A stretch of DNA of 64,000 bases from Candidatus Moraniibacteriota bacterium (GCA_023261645.1 JAHFOO010000001.1:181047-245046), one strand, 5' to 3'. Counted from the stretch's first letter, positions 36,941 through 48,153 are shown. Notes: generated from the sequence alone by a model not told the origin. Program-made: numbers and translations.

Positions 36941-38083
36941 ATGAATGTGAGAAGCGGAAAAAAGGTGGCGTTGGTACACGATTTTTTGGTGGCGTATGGA
37001 GGAGCGGAGCGGGTACTCGAGGCGATAGCGGAGATATTTCCCGATGCGCCTATTTATACGCTTCTCTATGATAAAGAACGCATGAGGGAGCATTTCAAAG
37101 GGAGAGATATCCGTGTATCATGGCTCTCGAAACTTCCAAATTTTTTGAAGAAACGCTATCGATTCTTTTTGCCATTTTTTCCTGTTGCGGTTGAATCATT
37201 CGATTTACGAGATTTTGATTTGGTGATATCTTCTTCCGGAGCCTGGAGCAAAGGTATTATTACACGCCTCAATACGAAACATATCGCGTATCTGCATTCC
37301 CCGATGCGTTATGCATGGGATTATCACGAGCAGTATCTGGAGGAACTCCATGCACGCGGGAAGAGGAAAATCCTTATACGTATGCTTATGAGTTATCTCC
37401 GTGTGTGGGACAGACAGGCAGCGGAACGTCCAGATGTTCTTTTGGTGAATTCGAAATTTACAGAGGATCGAGTGAAAAAGTACTATCGGCGCAAAAGCAC
37501 GGTAGTATATCCCGGTGCTTTGGGTTTGTTTGAATCCCTGTCGCAAGAGGATATTCGGTATGTTCGAGAAAACCAGAAGATGAGAACTCATTTTTTGGTC
37601 GTTTCCAGACTGACCCGATCCAAGAAGATTGATACGATCATTTCAGCCTTCAATAAACTGGAACTTCCGTTGATCATTGTTGGCGATGGTCCGGAAAAGA
37701 AAGCTCTCGAGCAAGTGGCAGAAAAGAATATTATTTTCAGGGGGTTTGTCGAAGACAGTGAGCTTGTCAAACTTTATGACGGTGCACGAGCCGTTCTTTT
37801 TCCTTCAGAAGAAGATTTCGGTATGGTGGCGGCCGAAGCTCTTTCTTTCGGCGCACCAGTCATCGCTTATGCATATGGTGGTGTGAGAGAAATCATACAG
37901 CAGGGAAAGACAGGAGAGTTATTCTATGCGTCGACGCCGGAAATCATCGCCGAAGGAGTATTGCGTTTTCTACAGAATGAAGGCAAATATGACGAGACCT
38001 TGATGAAACAATCGGTCGCTCATCTGACAAAAGAAAATTTTCAGGAAAGTGTAAGAAAATTTATAGAGGCACATATTGATTGA
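36941..38083 (+). CDS. family 4 glycosyltransferase
   Basis: KVALVHDFL..GGAERV N-terminus; EDFGMVAAEALSFGAPVIAYAYGGVREII motif. ATG 36941 has SD AAAAGGAG immediately upstream; the ORF track starts earlier at a GTG. Confidence 0.85.
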   Translation: MNVRSGKKVALVHDFLVAYGGAERVLEAIAEIFPDAPIYTLLYDKERMREHFKGRDIRVSWLSKLPNFLKKRYRFFLPFFPVAVESFDLRDFDLVISSSGAWSKGIITRLNTKHIAYLHSPMRYAWDYHEQYLEELHARGKRKILIRMLMSYLRVWDRQAAERPDVLLVNSKFTEDRVKKYYRRKSTVVYPGALGLFESLSQEDIRYVRENQKMRTHFLVVSRLTRSKKIDTIISAFNKLELPLIIVGDGPEKKALEQVAEKNIIFRGFVEDSELVKLYDGARAVLFPSEEDFGMVAAEALSFGAPVIAYAYGGVREIIQQGKTGELFYASTPEIIAEGVLRFLQNEGKYDETLMKQSVAHLTKENFQESVRKFIEAHID

Positions 38084-38168
38084 AATCGTATGATTATTTT
38101 TGAAGAGAAGTGTGATTTTCCATCTTAAAAAATTCAAAACATAAAGAATTGAGAAAAAACCGTAGAGT

Positions 38169-39074
38169 ATGAACATCATCGGTCATCACAAAGAAAGAGA
38201 GCGACTGAAGAAGTTGGTTCGGGAAAATAAAATTTCTCAGGGATATCTTTTTGTCGGACCACAGAGCGTAGGGAAAAGCCTGTGTGCTTTGGAATTCGCG
38301 ATGGAGCTCGTTTCTGAGTCTTCCTTTGAGCCGAACGAAAACAAACCGTACCCTTTTGATGTGCTTGTCGTGAAGCCGGAAGAAGAGACGAAACATGGTG
38401 TGACGAAGCAAAAAAGTATCGGGGTAGAAGTGATGCGTGATGTACTCTCTTTTCTTGCTCGATTTCCTGCAGTGGGGCGTTTTCGGGTGGCAATCATAGA
38501 GGATGCACAGAAACTTTCTCTTGCCGCACAGAATGTCATCTTGAAAACTCTTGAAGAGCCGAACCCATCCGCGGTGATGATTCTCATCACTCATGAGGTG
38601 GGGAGTATCATACCGACCATTCTTTCTCGTGTCGAACGTATCCGTTTCGACTATGTCCCAGAGGGAGAAATAAAGAGCGATATGAATGCTCTCCTTGCGG
38701 AAAAAAATGAACACCCTATCGCCTCCTTTTTCTTTTCGCTCGGAAGACCGGGGATGATCATTCGTGCGGTGCTCAATCCGCAAAGCTTCACGAAAGAACA
38801 AGAGAAACTTGGGCGACTGTTCCGTCTTTCTTCATTGACACTCGGTGAGCGATTGGGACTGGCTGAAGAATTGGCAAAAAATGTTCCTGAATCAATACGC
38901 CTCCTGGAATGGTGGTTGCCGGGACTGCATACGCAGGCCCTCAAAGAGACTGATATTCGTCGCACAGCACGTTTCTTCGGATTGCTCGAGGAAGCAGAAC
39001 AGACACTGATACTGCTCAAAACGACACAGAGTAATGCACGGTTGCTGTTAGAGAAATTATTCTTTTCAATATGA
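38169..39074 (+). CDS. holB: DNA polymerase III delta-prime subunit (AAA+ clamp-loader)
   Basis: GYLFVGPQSVGKSLCALEFA P-loop-like; SRVERIRF sensor region. Confidence 0.8.
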   Translation: MNIIGHHKERERLKKLVRENKISQGYLFVGPQSVGKSLCALEFAMELVSESSFEPNENKPYPFDVLVVKPEEETKHGVTKQKSIGVEVMRDVLSFLARFPAVGRFRVAIIEDAQKLSLAAQNVILKTLEEPNPSAVMILITHEVGSIIPTILSRVERIRFDYVPEGEIKSDMNALLAEKNEHPIASFFFSLGRPGMIIRAVLNPQSFTKEQEKLGRLFRLSSLTLGERLGLAEELAKNVPESIRLLEWWLPGLHTQALKETDIRRTARFFGLLEEAEQTLILLKTTQSNARLLLEKLFFSI

Positions 39075-39174
39075 CCTCTGCGTTTGGCAAACTTCTTTGT
39101 TACGAAGCCTCTGTGTCGCCACTTTCTCCGCGTCTTGAATTTCGCTCAAACACATAAGTCATACCAAATTTTGT

Positions 39175-40149
39175 ATGTGGTCTCCATTCAAACAAATCAG
39201 ATTGAAACGTCAAAAGAAAAAATCTTTTCATTTTTTGCGGAAAGCTTTGCCGGAGCATCGGGATTCTCGGACACTCAAAAAGAAACAAAATGGAAACGGA
39301 AGAAGGATAGCACTTTTTTCTCTGTGGATTATTTTTTTCGGAACACTCTTCTATCTCTCTTTTTTTTCGTCATTCGTATTGATCGAAAAAGTAGAGGTTT
39401 CAGGCACAAGCGTGATTTCAGAAACATCATTACAAGAATTCGTAGCAGATCAATTGGCAGGAAAATACTGGGGTATCTTTCCCAAACGTGCGTATTTTTT
39501 CGTACGACCGCACATTTTGGAAGAACGTTTGCAGAGGGAATATCCATTGCTTGCAACCATTTCCGTACAGTGTCTATTTCCGAACAAACTGAGTCTCCTC
39601 GTGACGGAAAGAAAGAAGATTATCATCTGGCATTCGCTTGACTCATCCTATCTCGTAGACGAGGACGGCATCACGCATGATAGTACTCGAGCGGTATCTC
39701 CGGAAAATGAGGCGTTTGTAATCACTGTTACCGATACGAGCGACAAACCCGTGACAATCGGAGAGAAAGTTTTTGATGCGGAATATGGAGCATTTGTTAT
39801 CGGAATGAATGAGCTTTTCCCGGAACGGTTGGGACTAACGCTTCTGCCACAATATACTACCGTCTCTCGTTTTGCAGAAGAATTACGGGCAAAAACGGAT
39901 GAAGGGTGGGAGGTATATTTTGATACAAGTATTCCGATTGAAACGTCTTTGAACACACTCGGACTGCTCTTTGAGAAAGAATTGCCGAAAGAGAAACGAT
40001 CAAAACTCGCCTATATCGACTTGCGGGCAGAAAATCGGGCATATTATGTTTTCCGTGATGGAACAAATATAGAAACCGTTCCTCTCGATGCCGATACGAA
40101 GAAACAAAGTGACAACAAAGACGTGCCTGAGAAGAAAAAGAAGAAGTAG
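39175..40149 (+). CDS. ftsQ: cell-division protein FtsQ/DivIB-like (basic N-terminus, one TM helix, POTRA-like domain)
   Basis: Topology and the IEKVEVSGTSVISETSLQEF POTRA-like start. Homology is weak, so the assignment is tentative. Confidence 0.55.
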   Translation: MWSPFKQIRLKRQKKKSFHFLRKALPEHRDSRTLKKKQNGNGRRIALFSLWIIFFGTLFYLSFFSSFVLIEKVEVSGTSVISETSLQEFVADQLAGKYWGIFPKRAYFFVRPHILEERLQREYPLLATISVQCLFPNKLSLLVTERKKIIIWHSLDSSYLVDEDGITHDSTRAVSPENEAFVITVTDTSDKPVTIGEKVFDAEYGAFVIGMNELFPERLGLTLLPQYTTVSRFAEELRAKTDEGWEVYFDTSIPIETSLNTLGLLFEKELPKEKRSKLAYIDLRAENRAYYVFRDGTNIETVPLDADTKKQSDNKDVPEKKKKK

Positions 40150-40403
40150 TTTCAGTGTTTTTTCGAGTTATTTATCCAAAAGTAATCTTTTGTCTCTGCT
40201 CCAGACTCAAGAGTTTTTCTTTGTTAACGAAAAATATTCCCTCACTCTACGGCATCCCCGCCCGCAACGCATTCACGTAGCGATTCGGGCAGGCATAAGA
40301 AATTTTTCGAACAAAGAAAGCTGTCTCAGACAAGTGGAGCAACCAACAAAAAATTCTTTTGGAATAAATACCTTTTTATTTTGTATCAATTATCCCTTGT
40401 CTA

Positions 40404-42287
40404 CTAAGGGATATAGTAGATGAAGATGGAATCTCCGGCACGGGTGACTGGTTGGACGTTTTGCAACCAAGAATAATCTTGTTGACCGGCAGGTTTCTGT
40501 TTATAGAGGCTTTCTTGATAAAAGAATGATGAGATAGCATACCAGCCCGGTTCTGGTTCTCTTGTATCCCACCAGGAAATGTATTTTTCTCCGAGCAAAG
40601 TAGAAGGATTGGCACCACCGAAATAATCGACACGTATTTTGTCGATAGGAGGATAGTCTTTTGTGAGAGTACATTCTTTTTCTTCACTGAAATTTTCTGT
40701 TCCGGATTGACATCGATTGTGTGTCTCGATGAACGAACTGAGTCTTTTCAAATCTTGTCCCCAATCGTAATTGGAATCACTGACATATTTGTATCCATTG
40801 CTATGTCCGCCGGAAGCGATATTAAAATACGAGAGATAATTCGGATATGCCAGGATGGGAATGGCCATAACAGAAAGAGTGATGCCTCCAAGGAAAAATG
40901 AAAATATTTTCTTCGTCGTTTTGTCGGTGTCGAAACGTTTGAAAGAATCAAAAGCAGTTTTTGCAATGAGCATATAGAGGAATGGGAGCATCGGGAAGAG
41001 ATGTCGGAAACCGATGTTCAATTTCCCTGTGATACTGACATAACTATACAAGAGAATAAAGAAGAAGATGAGATACTGGGTGGTTTTATTTTGGAAAGAG
41101 CTGGAGAAGAAAGCGGAGAAGCTTGTTTTTTTCTCTTGGATGAGAACTTTACCGATGCGATACACGGTAAAGGATGTCGTAAGGAGGAGAAGAAAAAGAA
41201 AAGGCACTGTTTCTTTCAATAAGAAAACAGTCGGAAAATACCAGACTGAGGGAGCCATCGTCACTTCACCGAGGAAGTAATGAGGATTACCGCTTTCGAC
41301 ACGGGCGAATATCATAGCGACACCGAGGAAATATTGACTGAAGGGTTTGAGAAGAGGATTCCCACTTGTGTTTACGATGAGGGCGTGGGCAAATTCCGCT
41401 GGAATATTCTTCTGAGAAAGATATGCGTCGGCAGAGTTGATAATTTTCTGTCCGGGCATATTGATGGTATTCCAGGCATAGAGAGACCAGATGATGGCGA
41501 AACAGACGAGCACGCTTCCGGCGAATTTCAGACTGTATGCAAGGAGTGTACGAAGTTTGAAGGAGAAAAGACTTCGTCGATCACTCAAAGATTTCTGTTT
41601 GGTGAGAGCATACAGGATAACCGTTAATCCAAACAAAGGGAAGAGGAGTATGGCAGAGACTTTGGCGAGCTCTGCGAGGCCGAGAAAAATGCCGGCAGTG
41701 ATGACATTTTTGAGATTTGGATTTTTTAGAAAGCGGACGAAAAAATAGAATGCGAAAAAAAGAAATGCAGCAATACCGATATCAGTCGTCACGTAATGAC
41801 TGTGTGCGATGATATTGGGATCGAAAGCGTAGAGTGTGACAGCGAAAAGTCCAGCAAGCGTTCCTCCAAGTTCTTTTGTCCAGAGAAAGATAGCAATACC
41901 CAAGATGACGGCCACAATCGAGATGGGCAGACGAGACCAGAAAAGAATTTTGTCAGAATCGTTGCAACCCATATCAGGTTTCGAGCAATTGACGAACATA
42001 TCTCCGATTGACCACTGCTCATTTGTTCCTGATTGCCATTCTGGAGATTCAAGAGGGAAAGAAAGATTCATAGCCAGAAGAGGAAGTCCCGCAAGGTCTT
42101 TGAGGAGTGGCGGGTGTTCTGGGTTGAGTCGCATATCACCGTAGCGGACGTAGCTATAGGCAGCCGGAATATGAGCACGTTCGTCATAAATCATTGATTC
42201 CTGACTGGATATCACGAGAGCGAGGATAAAATGCAAAGAAAGAATCCCTGCAACGATGAGATAAGCGTGTTTTTTCAAAAAATCCAT
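40404..42287 (-). CDS. GT-C fold glycosyltransferase of the ArnT/PMT (GT39/GT83) family with a C-terminal extracytoplasmic domain
   Basis: YDERAHIPAAYSY ... multiple TM helices; characteristic DE/R-containing first-loop motif. Confidence 0.8.
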   Translation of the reverse strand: MDFLKKHAYLIVAGILSLHFILALVISSQESMIYDERAHIPAAYSYVRYGDMRLNPEHPPLLKDLAGLPLLAMNLSFPLESPEWQSGTNEQWSIGDMFVNCSKPDMGCNDSDKILFWSRLPISIVAVILGIAIFLWTKELGGTLAGLFAVTLYAFDPNIIAHSHYVTTDIGIAAFLFFAFYFFVRFLKNPNLKNVITAGIFLGLAELAKVSAILLFPLFGLTVILYALTKQKSLSDRRSLFSFKLRTLLAYSLKFAGSVLVCFAIIWSLYAWNTINMPGQKIINSADAYLSQKNIPAEFAHALIVNTSGNPLLKPFSQYFLGVAMIFARVESGNPHYFLGEVTMAPSVWYFPTVFLLKETVPFLFLLLLTTSFTVYRIGKVLIQEKKTSFSAFFSSSFQNKTTQYLIFFFILLYSYVSITGKLNIGFRHLFPMLPFLYMLIAKTAFDSFKRFDTDKTTKKIFSFFLGGITLSVMAIPILAYPNYLSYFNIASGGHSNGYKYVSDSNYDWGQDLKRLSSFIETHNRCQSGTENFSEEKECTLTKDYPPIDKIRVDYFGGANPSTLLGEKYISWWDTREPEPGWYAISSFFYQESLYKQKPAGQQDYSWLQNVQPVTRAGDSIFIYYIP

Positions 42288-42476
42288 AGTTATTTTTTTA
42301 ACAAGGACATATTTTGTAAAGGATTTTCAGGGAGGCTTGAAATTTTTTCGAGCATGGTTCCGTCGTCTCGACGGATCGAAAAGGTTTCAGGAATCCATTC
42401 GTCGCTGGACGAATGGATGTCTCAATGGAAATTTTTTACAGAATATGTTAATGATGCTTTTTTAATGAGGTGATTA

Positions 42477-44099
42477 TTATTTGTTCCCTGGCAAGAGAAT
42501 GATATTGAAATCTCCGCCTGGACGATCAGGTCCGTTCATATCGATACGTTCTATGGATGCTCCGGGAGAAAATTTCTCGATTTTTTTCGCAATTTCATCA
42601 TTATAGTTTATCATCAAGAAGAGAGCAGGGCCGTGAATAACGGTATCACTCCTGACGATTTCCATATTGGCGACACGTCCGTAGGTGAGGAAATAAATAG
42701 GATGAGCATAGACAGGGAGATTGAGATGATTGTCATTTCCTTTTTCATCGAAGAGTACATATTTTTTCGTGTCTGCAGGGAGAGAGAGGAGATAACGACC
42801 CATATTGGTGTAGTTCTCATTGAAAGAGCCTGCTGCTGCAGGACTATTTGCGAAGAAAACAAAGTATTTTGTCAGATTGAAAATAGCACTACCACAAAGA
42901 GCGATGATCAGAATGGAGAAAAATGCGATACGTGCTCCTGTCTGTGAGTGCATCGCTTTCTGTAAGATCCAAGATACCGCAAGAGTAGCCATCAAAAAAA
43001 CAGGTAACTGCGTCCCGATGGAGCGAAGTGCGTGAGGGAGACCTTCTCCAGTGAGAAATTCAGGGATGAGCATAACGAAGAAAGAACCGAGCAAGAGAAA
43101 GTCGATTACGAGACGGACATCCCGATCCTTATTTCGGATACGCCGACCGATGAGGGTGACGGCCTGCCAGAGAGTGAAGAGGAATCCGGCGAGAAAGAAT
43201 GTGCCAACAAATGGATCGAGAATCGGGTACGGCGGATAGTTGTGCCGCCAATTCTGATCACCGAAGAAATTGTATTTGATGAGAGAAAGAGAGAATGTTC
43301 TTGCCAGAGTTCCAATCACATCCCCGTGATTTATCTCCGGTGAAAAAATAGAAATCTGAGCCGAGCGTGATTCGAAATCTTCCGGATGCAGGATGAAGAA
43401 ATTATAAAACATCGGCAGAGCAGTGATGAAAGCCCCGAGGAAGAAAAAGAGAGCGTGTTTGTAGTAGCGTTTGAGAAAATTCTCATACGAAAGGATGAGT
43501 GCGGGGAGGAGGAGGATGAAGATGATCGGTGCGACACGAAAAGCGATGTAGGTATGGAGACCAACGCCGAAGATAGCGCCGGAGATGAGAAAGTCATGAA
43601 ATTTCTTGGTGCGTAGGCCTCGAAAGAAGAAATAGAATGAGAAGGAAAGAATGAAGGTGACCAGAATGGCACGAAAAGCGATACGAGAAAAATTGATCGC
43701 CCAGTAGGAAGTGGCGAGCATAAATGCCGAGAGAATGCCGGCTGATCGTCTATGGAAAAGTTCTTTGCTCAGAAGATAAATGCCAAGGACCGAGAATGTG
43801 CCGAAGAGAACTGACCAGAGTTTCAGGCCGAGAATAGTGTTGCCAAAGAGTCTGATGGAGAGTGTCTGAAGGTTTATATAAAGACCTTCTCGGCCATAAT
43901 TGGCTGGGTAGAAGAGTTTGTAATCGCCGGTTTCTATGGCGTTCAAGGCGTCGACACCATTGGCAGCTTCATCAGGGTAGATGCCGGCAGGGACACTGTC
44001 TATGTGATAGATTCTCACCGTGAAAGCGAATACCAGAATAAGAGTGAGGATGATCCACGTTGCGATATGATGAGGACGATGCACTGGGTGTTTGAACAT
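42477..44099 (-). CDS. GT-C fold glycosyltransferase of the ArnT/PMT (GT39/GT83) family
   Basis: YPDEAANGVDALNAIETGDYKLFYPANYGREGLYINLQ first periplasmic loop; at least 10 TM helices. Confidence 0.82.
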   Translation of the reverse strand: MFKHPVHRPHHIATWIILTLILVFAFTVRIYHIDSVPAGIYPDEAANGVDALNAIETGDYKLFYPANYGREGLYINLQTLSIRLFGNTILGLKLWSVLFGTFSVLGIYLLSKELFHRRSAGILSAFMLATSYWAINFSRIAFRAILVTFILSFSFYFFFRGLRTKKFHDFLISGAIFGVGLHTYIAFRVAPIIFILLLPALILSYENFLKRYYKHALFFFLGAFITALPMFYNFFILHPEDFESRSAQISIFSPEINHGDVIGTLARTFSLSLIKYNFFGDQNWRHNYPPYPILDPFVGTFFLAGFLFTLWQAVTLIGRRIRNKDRDVRLVIDFLLLGSFFVMLIPEFLTGEGLPHALRSIGTQLPVFLMATLAVSWILQKAMHSQTGARIAFFSILIIALCGSAIFNLTKYFVFFANSPAAAGSFNENYTNMGRYLLSLPADTKKYVLFDEKGNDNHLNLPVYAHPIYFLTYGRVANMEIVRSDTVIHGPALFLMINYNDEIAKKIEKFSPGASIERIDMNGPDRPGGDFNIILLPGNK

Positions 44100-44159
44100 A
44101 TATTTTTTTTGTTTTCTATGATAGAATTATAGCAAAGATAAGTTGAAAAGAAAAATGAA

Positions 44160-45143
44160 ATGAACCTTTTTGAGGGCATACGTGGTGGCCGTTTGATGAA
44201 GGCTACTGAAAGTGAAAAAACTTTCGGCGGTTCCGAGCCGTCTGTCTCCGAACAATCCGCCGAAGAAGGCAGTATCACCTTTACTGATAGACGTGGGGAT
44301 TCAGGAGAGAAGCCTGCTGTCGAGAAACCAAATGAACAGTCTCGTCCGGTAATGACAGATACGGCTCTGCGTGATTTCTTGGAAGTGGATGAAACGCAAC
44401 TGAAAGAGTTGGAAACCTCCATTGTTCGAGAATTTTTGATAATTTCTGAAGAACTGGATAAATGGAGTGAGACTCTCGAGAAAAAGGATGAGAGAACTCT
44501 TTACAATAAACTCTATGAGGAGATTGAAAGAAAGAGAATCGAATGGAATACTCTCAATGACAAGCCTCTTGAACCAGGAGAACAGAAAGACGCCGTGACC
44601 GAAAAGATTCGTTTACTTAGCGTGTTCGAAGATCTTCGCTTGATTGTAAACACGATGCCTCCTGTTTTGCGAGAAGCCATCACGAAGGCACAGGGAAAAG
44701 ATATGACCGAAGCACCGAATATGGATTCCGGGACTCCTCTTGTAGAAAAAAAGGAAACAGTCGTTGGAACGACCGAGGAAAATGATCATCTATCCGACGA
44801 GGCAATCGATGGCGCGAGAGAGAAGAAAGAACTGTATGATTTTTTGAATCAGCCGAAAGGACGAGAGACGGTTGATATGCTTGGAGATTTGATTACTGCT
44901 GAATGGCAGGCATTTGATCAGAAGGTCTCTGGAGAAGTATTGGATAAAGATGTCTTTGTTTCACGAAATGAGAGAGCCAGACTATGGCGGATGTTTTTTT
45001 TGCCACAAATGAAAGCAATGGTGACGGAGTATCTGGAGAGGTATTCTGCGGTACCGAGAGGGGACAGCAACAAGATATTCAGGGCGCTCATAATGAATCT
45101 GGAGGAATCAGCTGCCAGGGATACAATAAAAAAATATGACTGA
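44160..45143 (+). CDS. hypothetical acidic soluble protein (327 aa), first gene of a five-gene operon
   Basis: Long ORF with no TM segment and no recognisable motif; 8-nt overlap (ATGACTGA) with the next gene. Confidence 0.6.
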   Translation: MNLFEGIRGGRLMKATESEKTFGGSEPSVSEQSAEEGSITFTDRRGDSGEKPAVEKPNEQSRPVMTDTALRDFLEVDETQLKELETSIVREFLIISEELDKWSETLEKKDERTLYNKLYEEIERKRIEWNTLNDKPLEPGEQKDAVTEKIRLLSVFEDLRLIVNTMPPVLREAITKAQGKDMTEAPNMDSGTPLVEKKETVVGTTEENDHLSDEAIDGAREKKELYDFLNQPKGRETVDMLGDLITAEWQAFDQKVSGEVLDKDVFVSRNERARLWRMFFLPQMKAMVTEYLERYSAVPRGDSNKIFRALIMNLEESAARDTIKKYD

Positions 45144-48100
45144 ACCAAAGAAACCACTACCGTATTTGGATAGGGCTGAGGGTGAAAAAATCGCTCAGAG
45201 ATTGGTGGCGCCTATGGTAAAGCGTGTCAGACATCAGCTCGGTCTCGATATACCTCGGGAGGAACTGCCAAAAAAGCAGGGGCTCGTCGAGAAAACAACT
45301 GTTGCTACGGAAACACGGACAGTACACTCTCAAACACCGGCAGTCAAGGTTGAGGTGACAACAAAAATTACTCAGAACTTTCCGGCAGGCAAAGATGTTG
45401 ATGATAGCCGTATAAGAAGCCCTTTCAATTCGAAAAGAAGCAATGATAAGAATACGCTCAAAACGCAACAAGAAGAAGAGAACAAACGAGCCGGAGCAGT
45501 TACTCCGGTCGATACAGAACAAAGGATCGATCCTGTGAGAGTCACTGAATCGGAACGAAAGCAGATACCGATACAAGAGGAATCAGAAGATCACCGAATG
45601 AAAGCGTTCGTGGAGAGTGTCTCCGACGGAGAACTCCTGATCTTGATGAATGAGAACGGAAACAAAGCGTATTATAGACGGAGTGGTGGTGATCTGGTGG
45701 GAAGAAATGACAGTACTGTGAAGACAGCATCCGCTTGGAAAAGACATCAGAATGGATGGACATTGGCAGAGAGCGATGTCAAGATCGTGCCGAAAGAAAT
45801 TCCAACAAAGCAAGATGTAAAAGCGCCTTTTTCGGTTGCTCATAGTGCTGACGGTGCTTATGATGAAAATACCGAAGAAGACTATGCTTCTGGAAAAGTT
45901 TTCGCCGATCAATATTTGGAGCTCAATCCACCTCGAGCCGAGGCGGGAATGAAACGAGATAACGTTGCAGAAGAAGTAAAAACGATTGATGAGAAAACTT
46001 CCGAACAGTACGAAGAACTTTTTCTGGGAGATATGTGGGTTGCCAAAAATTCAGATGGGAGTGAAAAACGGATCTTAATCACTGCTTTCCTGGGATATGG
46101 AATGGTAGATATACGAAAAGGTGCCGATGTTTCGAAGTTACGCGAGGAATTGCAGGGGGACAGGATTGCGGATAATATCACTGCCGGAACTATTGACCTG
46201 GAGGTACTGCGAAATACTTTGCGTGAAGACGGATACACTCGTGAAGATCGTGGTAGCAAGAGTGAAAGAGATTTTTCCGAAACGCAGGAAGTTGATCGAG
46301 TGCATCTACCAGAGGATCCTGAACAGCAAAAAATAGATGATCTTCGTATTTTGGTGGGAGAGTTTCGTTCTGCGTATGTCAAAGAAGATATCGAAAGGAC
46401 GACTACCTGGAAGAAGCTAAGGAGCATACTCGGCATAGAAAGGGACAAAAAAAAAGGTGAATATCAGATAGCGTATGAAGAAGCATTACAAAATCTTCGA
46501 GATGCTGAGATGGAGGCATTACGAAATGAGGTGTCTCCCAATCAGGAACAGCAACGAGGGAAAGCTGAACAATTATTGCGTTATTATAAATTGGACGAGG
46601 CAGTCAATCTTATCGGTGAACGTACTCAATATAAGGCAGAAAATCAGAGTTTTCCTGAGAAAATAATAGATTCATTGGGTGCTTTGGGTCGTGCTTATAA
46701 CCGTATTCCATTGAAGCAAAAACTTCTGATAGCAGGGGCATTGGCAGGCGTTACGATTGCGACAGCACTGTCTGGTGGGAGCGGAACAGCTCTTGGAGCG
46801 ATGACTTTTGTTTCTGTGATACGGAAAGTCGCCAGTGGAGCGGGGACGGCAGTCGGTACAGAGGCACTTTTGGAAAGTTTCGGAGAGAGAGGTCGGATAA
46901 CAAAGGCAGAAAAAGAAATACAAGAACAACTCGAGACACTACCAAATCTTGATGCTTTGAGCGCCTTTCTCGAAAAAGATATCGCTTCACTCAATGGAAA
47001 ATTACAGAATGAAAAACGAGCCAAGACATGGCGTAAAATGGGGGCTGTAGGAGTCGGTTGGCTGGTCGGTTCTGGCTGGCTGACGCAGGTAGCGATGGAT
47101 CACTTCGGCGGGAATGAGGCAGTCGACTGGACGAAGAGTCATATTGTGGATGCTCTTCATGGATCTGAAGTCCACCCTGTAAATATTCCGATACCAGCTG
47201 AACCGAACCCTTTCATACCCATTGAGACCCAACCGATAGTGAAGCCGGATATGATAAGTGATATGATTGGTCAGGATTATGTGGTCCAAAAGGGCGATTC
47301 AGTATGGAAAATAGCAGGGAGAGTGGCGGACACGATGAAACTCGAAGGAGCGGAGAAAACACATTTCATCGATGCCTTGAAAGATCAATATGGAGATGTT
47401 CGGTTGAAAGCGGGAGAAACTATCAATTTCTCAGATCATGGAATAAACAAAGAATTCGTCGAAGGGGCTCTTGCGAATACCAAAGTGTTATCGCCGGAAC
47501 AACTCGCTTCCATCGCTTCTCATGATGTGAAAATAGCGGAATATATCACAGGACATCCTAATGTTACACTTACGGATGCCAAAGTAGATGAAATTCTGCA
47601 GAGCAGTCTTACAAACCAATCTGACACGATTGGAACAACGGATGGAGGCGGTTTTTCGGGAACTGATACCACGATAGATCAAGGAATGAACCTATCTTCA
47701 AGTGCAGAGCAAGCGATACAAGAGAATATCGCTTTGACGGATCCGAAAGCCTACCTGATGGAGCATCCGGAAGATTTCAGTAGATTCAATACGACTTTGG
47801 GACGAATCCGGATGAATATCTTCACAATGAACGGAGGAGAAACCGGTGTACCAACAGAATATGATTATACCGTCAGTGGGCAGAAACTCGGTGCGACAAA
47901 AATATCCGATGTATTGAGAGATATGAATGGTTTCAAAAATGAAAATCTGCGTTATGGGTATGACAGAACGCTGAATCCGCTCCATTATGATCAGATGAAA
48001 GAACTAGTGAGATTTACCGAAGCCTCCGAGAAAGCTTTTGGTGTACAATTTTCTCAGGTAGAAGCCTCCGAGAGCATCGATCATTATACCAGGCGGATGG

Positions 48101-48153
48101 CGACAGCGGTTCTTCGTACAGGCAAAGAGATAAAAGGATTCTTTAAACCATAA
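45136..48153 (+). CDS. large hypothetical protein (1005 aa) with central Gly/Ala-rich membrane-embedded segments and a LysM-like domain near residue 715
   Basis: YVVQKGDSVWKIAG....LKAGETINF resembles the LysM peptidoglycan-binding fold. Hydrophobic segments LLIAGALAGVTIATALSGG and AVGVGWLVGSGWLTQVAM. Confidence 0.65.
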   Translation: MTEPKKPLPYLDRAEGEKIAQRLVAPMVKRVRHQLGLDIPREELPKKQGLVEKTTVATETRTVHSQTPAVKVEVTTKITQNFPAGKDVDDSRIRSPFNSKRSNDKNTLKTQQEEENKRAGAVTPVDTEQRIDPVRVTESERKQIPIQEESEDHRMKAFVESVSDGELLILMNENGNKAYYRRSGGDLVGRNDSTVKTASAWKRHQNGWTLAESDVKIVPKEIPTKQDVKAPFSVAHSADGAYDENTEEDYASGKVFADQYLELNPPRAEAGMKRDNVAEEVKTIDEKTSEQYEELFLGDMWVAKNSDGSEKRILITAFLGYGMVDIRKGADVSKLREELQGDRIADNITAGTIDLEVLRNTLREDGYTREDRGSKSERDFSETQEVDRVHLPEDPEQQKIDDLRILVGEFRSAYVKEDIERTTTWKKLRSILGIERDKKKGEYQIAYEEALQNLRDAEMEALRNEVSPNQEQQRGKAEQLLRYYKLDEAVNLIGERTQYKAENQSFPEKIIDSLGALGRAYNRIPLKQKLLIAGALAGVTIATALSGGSGTALGAMTFVSVIRKVASGAGTAVGTEALLESFGERGRITKAEKEIQEQLETLPNLDALSAFLEKDIASLNGKLQNEKRAKTWRKMGAVGVGWLVGSGWLTQVAMDHFGGNEAVDWTKSHIVDALHGSEVHPVNIPIPAEPNPFIPIETQPIVKPDMISDMIGQDYVVQKGDSVWKIAGRVADTMKLEGAEKTHFIDALKDQYGDVRLKAGETINFSDHGINKEFVEGALANTKVLSPEQLASIASHDVKIAEYITGHPNVTLTDAKVDEILQSSLTNQSDTIGTTDGGGFSGTDTTIDQGMNLSSSAEQAIQENIALTDPKAYLMEHPEDFSRFNTTLGRIRMNIFTMNGGETGVPTEYDYTVSGQKLGATKISDVLRDMNGFKNENLRYGYDRTLNPLHYDQMKELVRFTEASEKAFGVQFSQVEASESIDHYTRRMATAVLRTGKEIKGFFKP

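Noticed and set aside
40088-40423. 111-aa plus-strand ORF downstream of ftsQ
   Set aside because: It lies in the intergenic/terminator region, overlaps the 3' end of the minus-strand GT-C gene, and has an odd composition. It is likely spurious.
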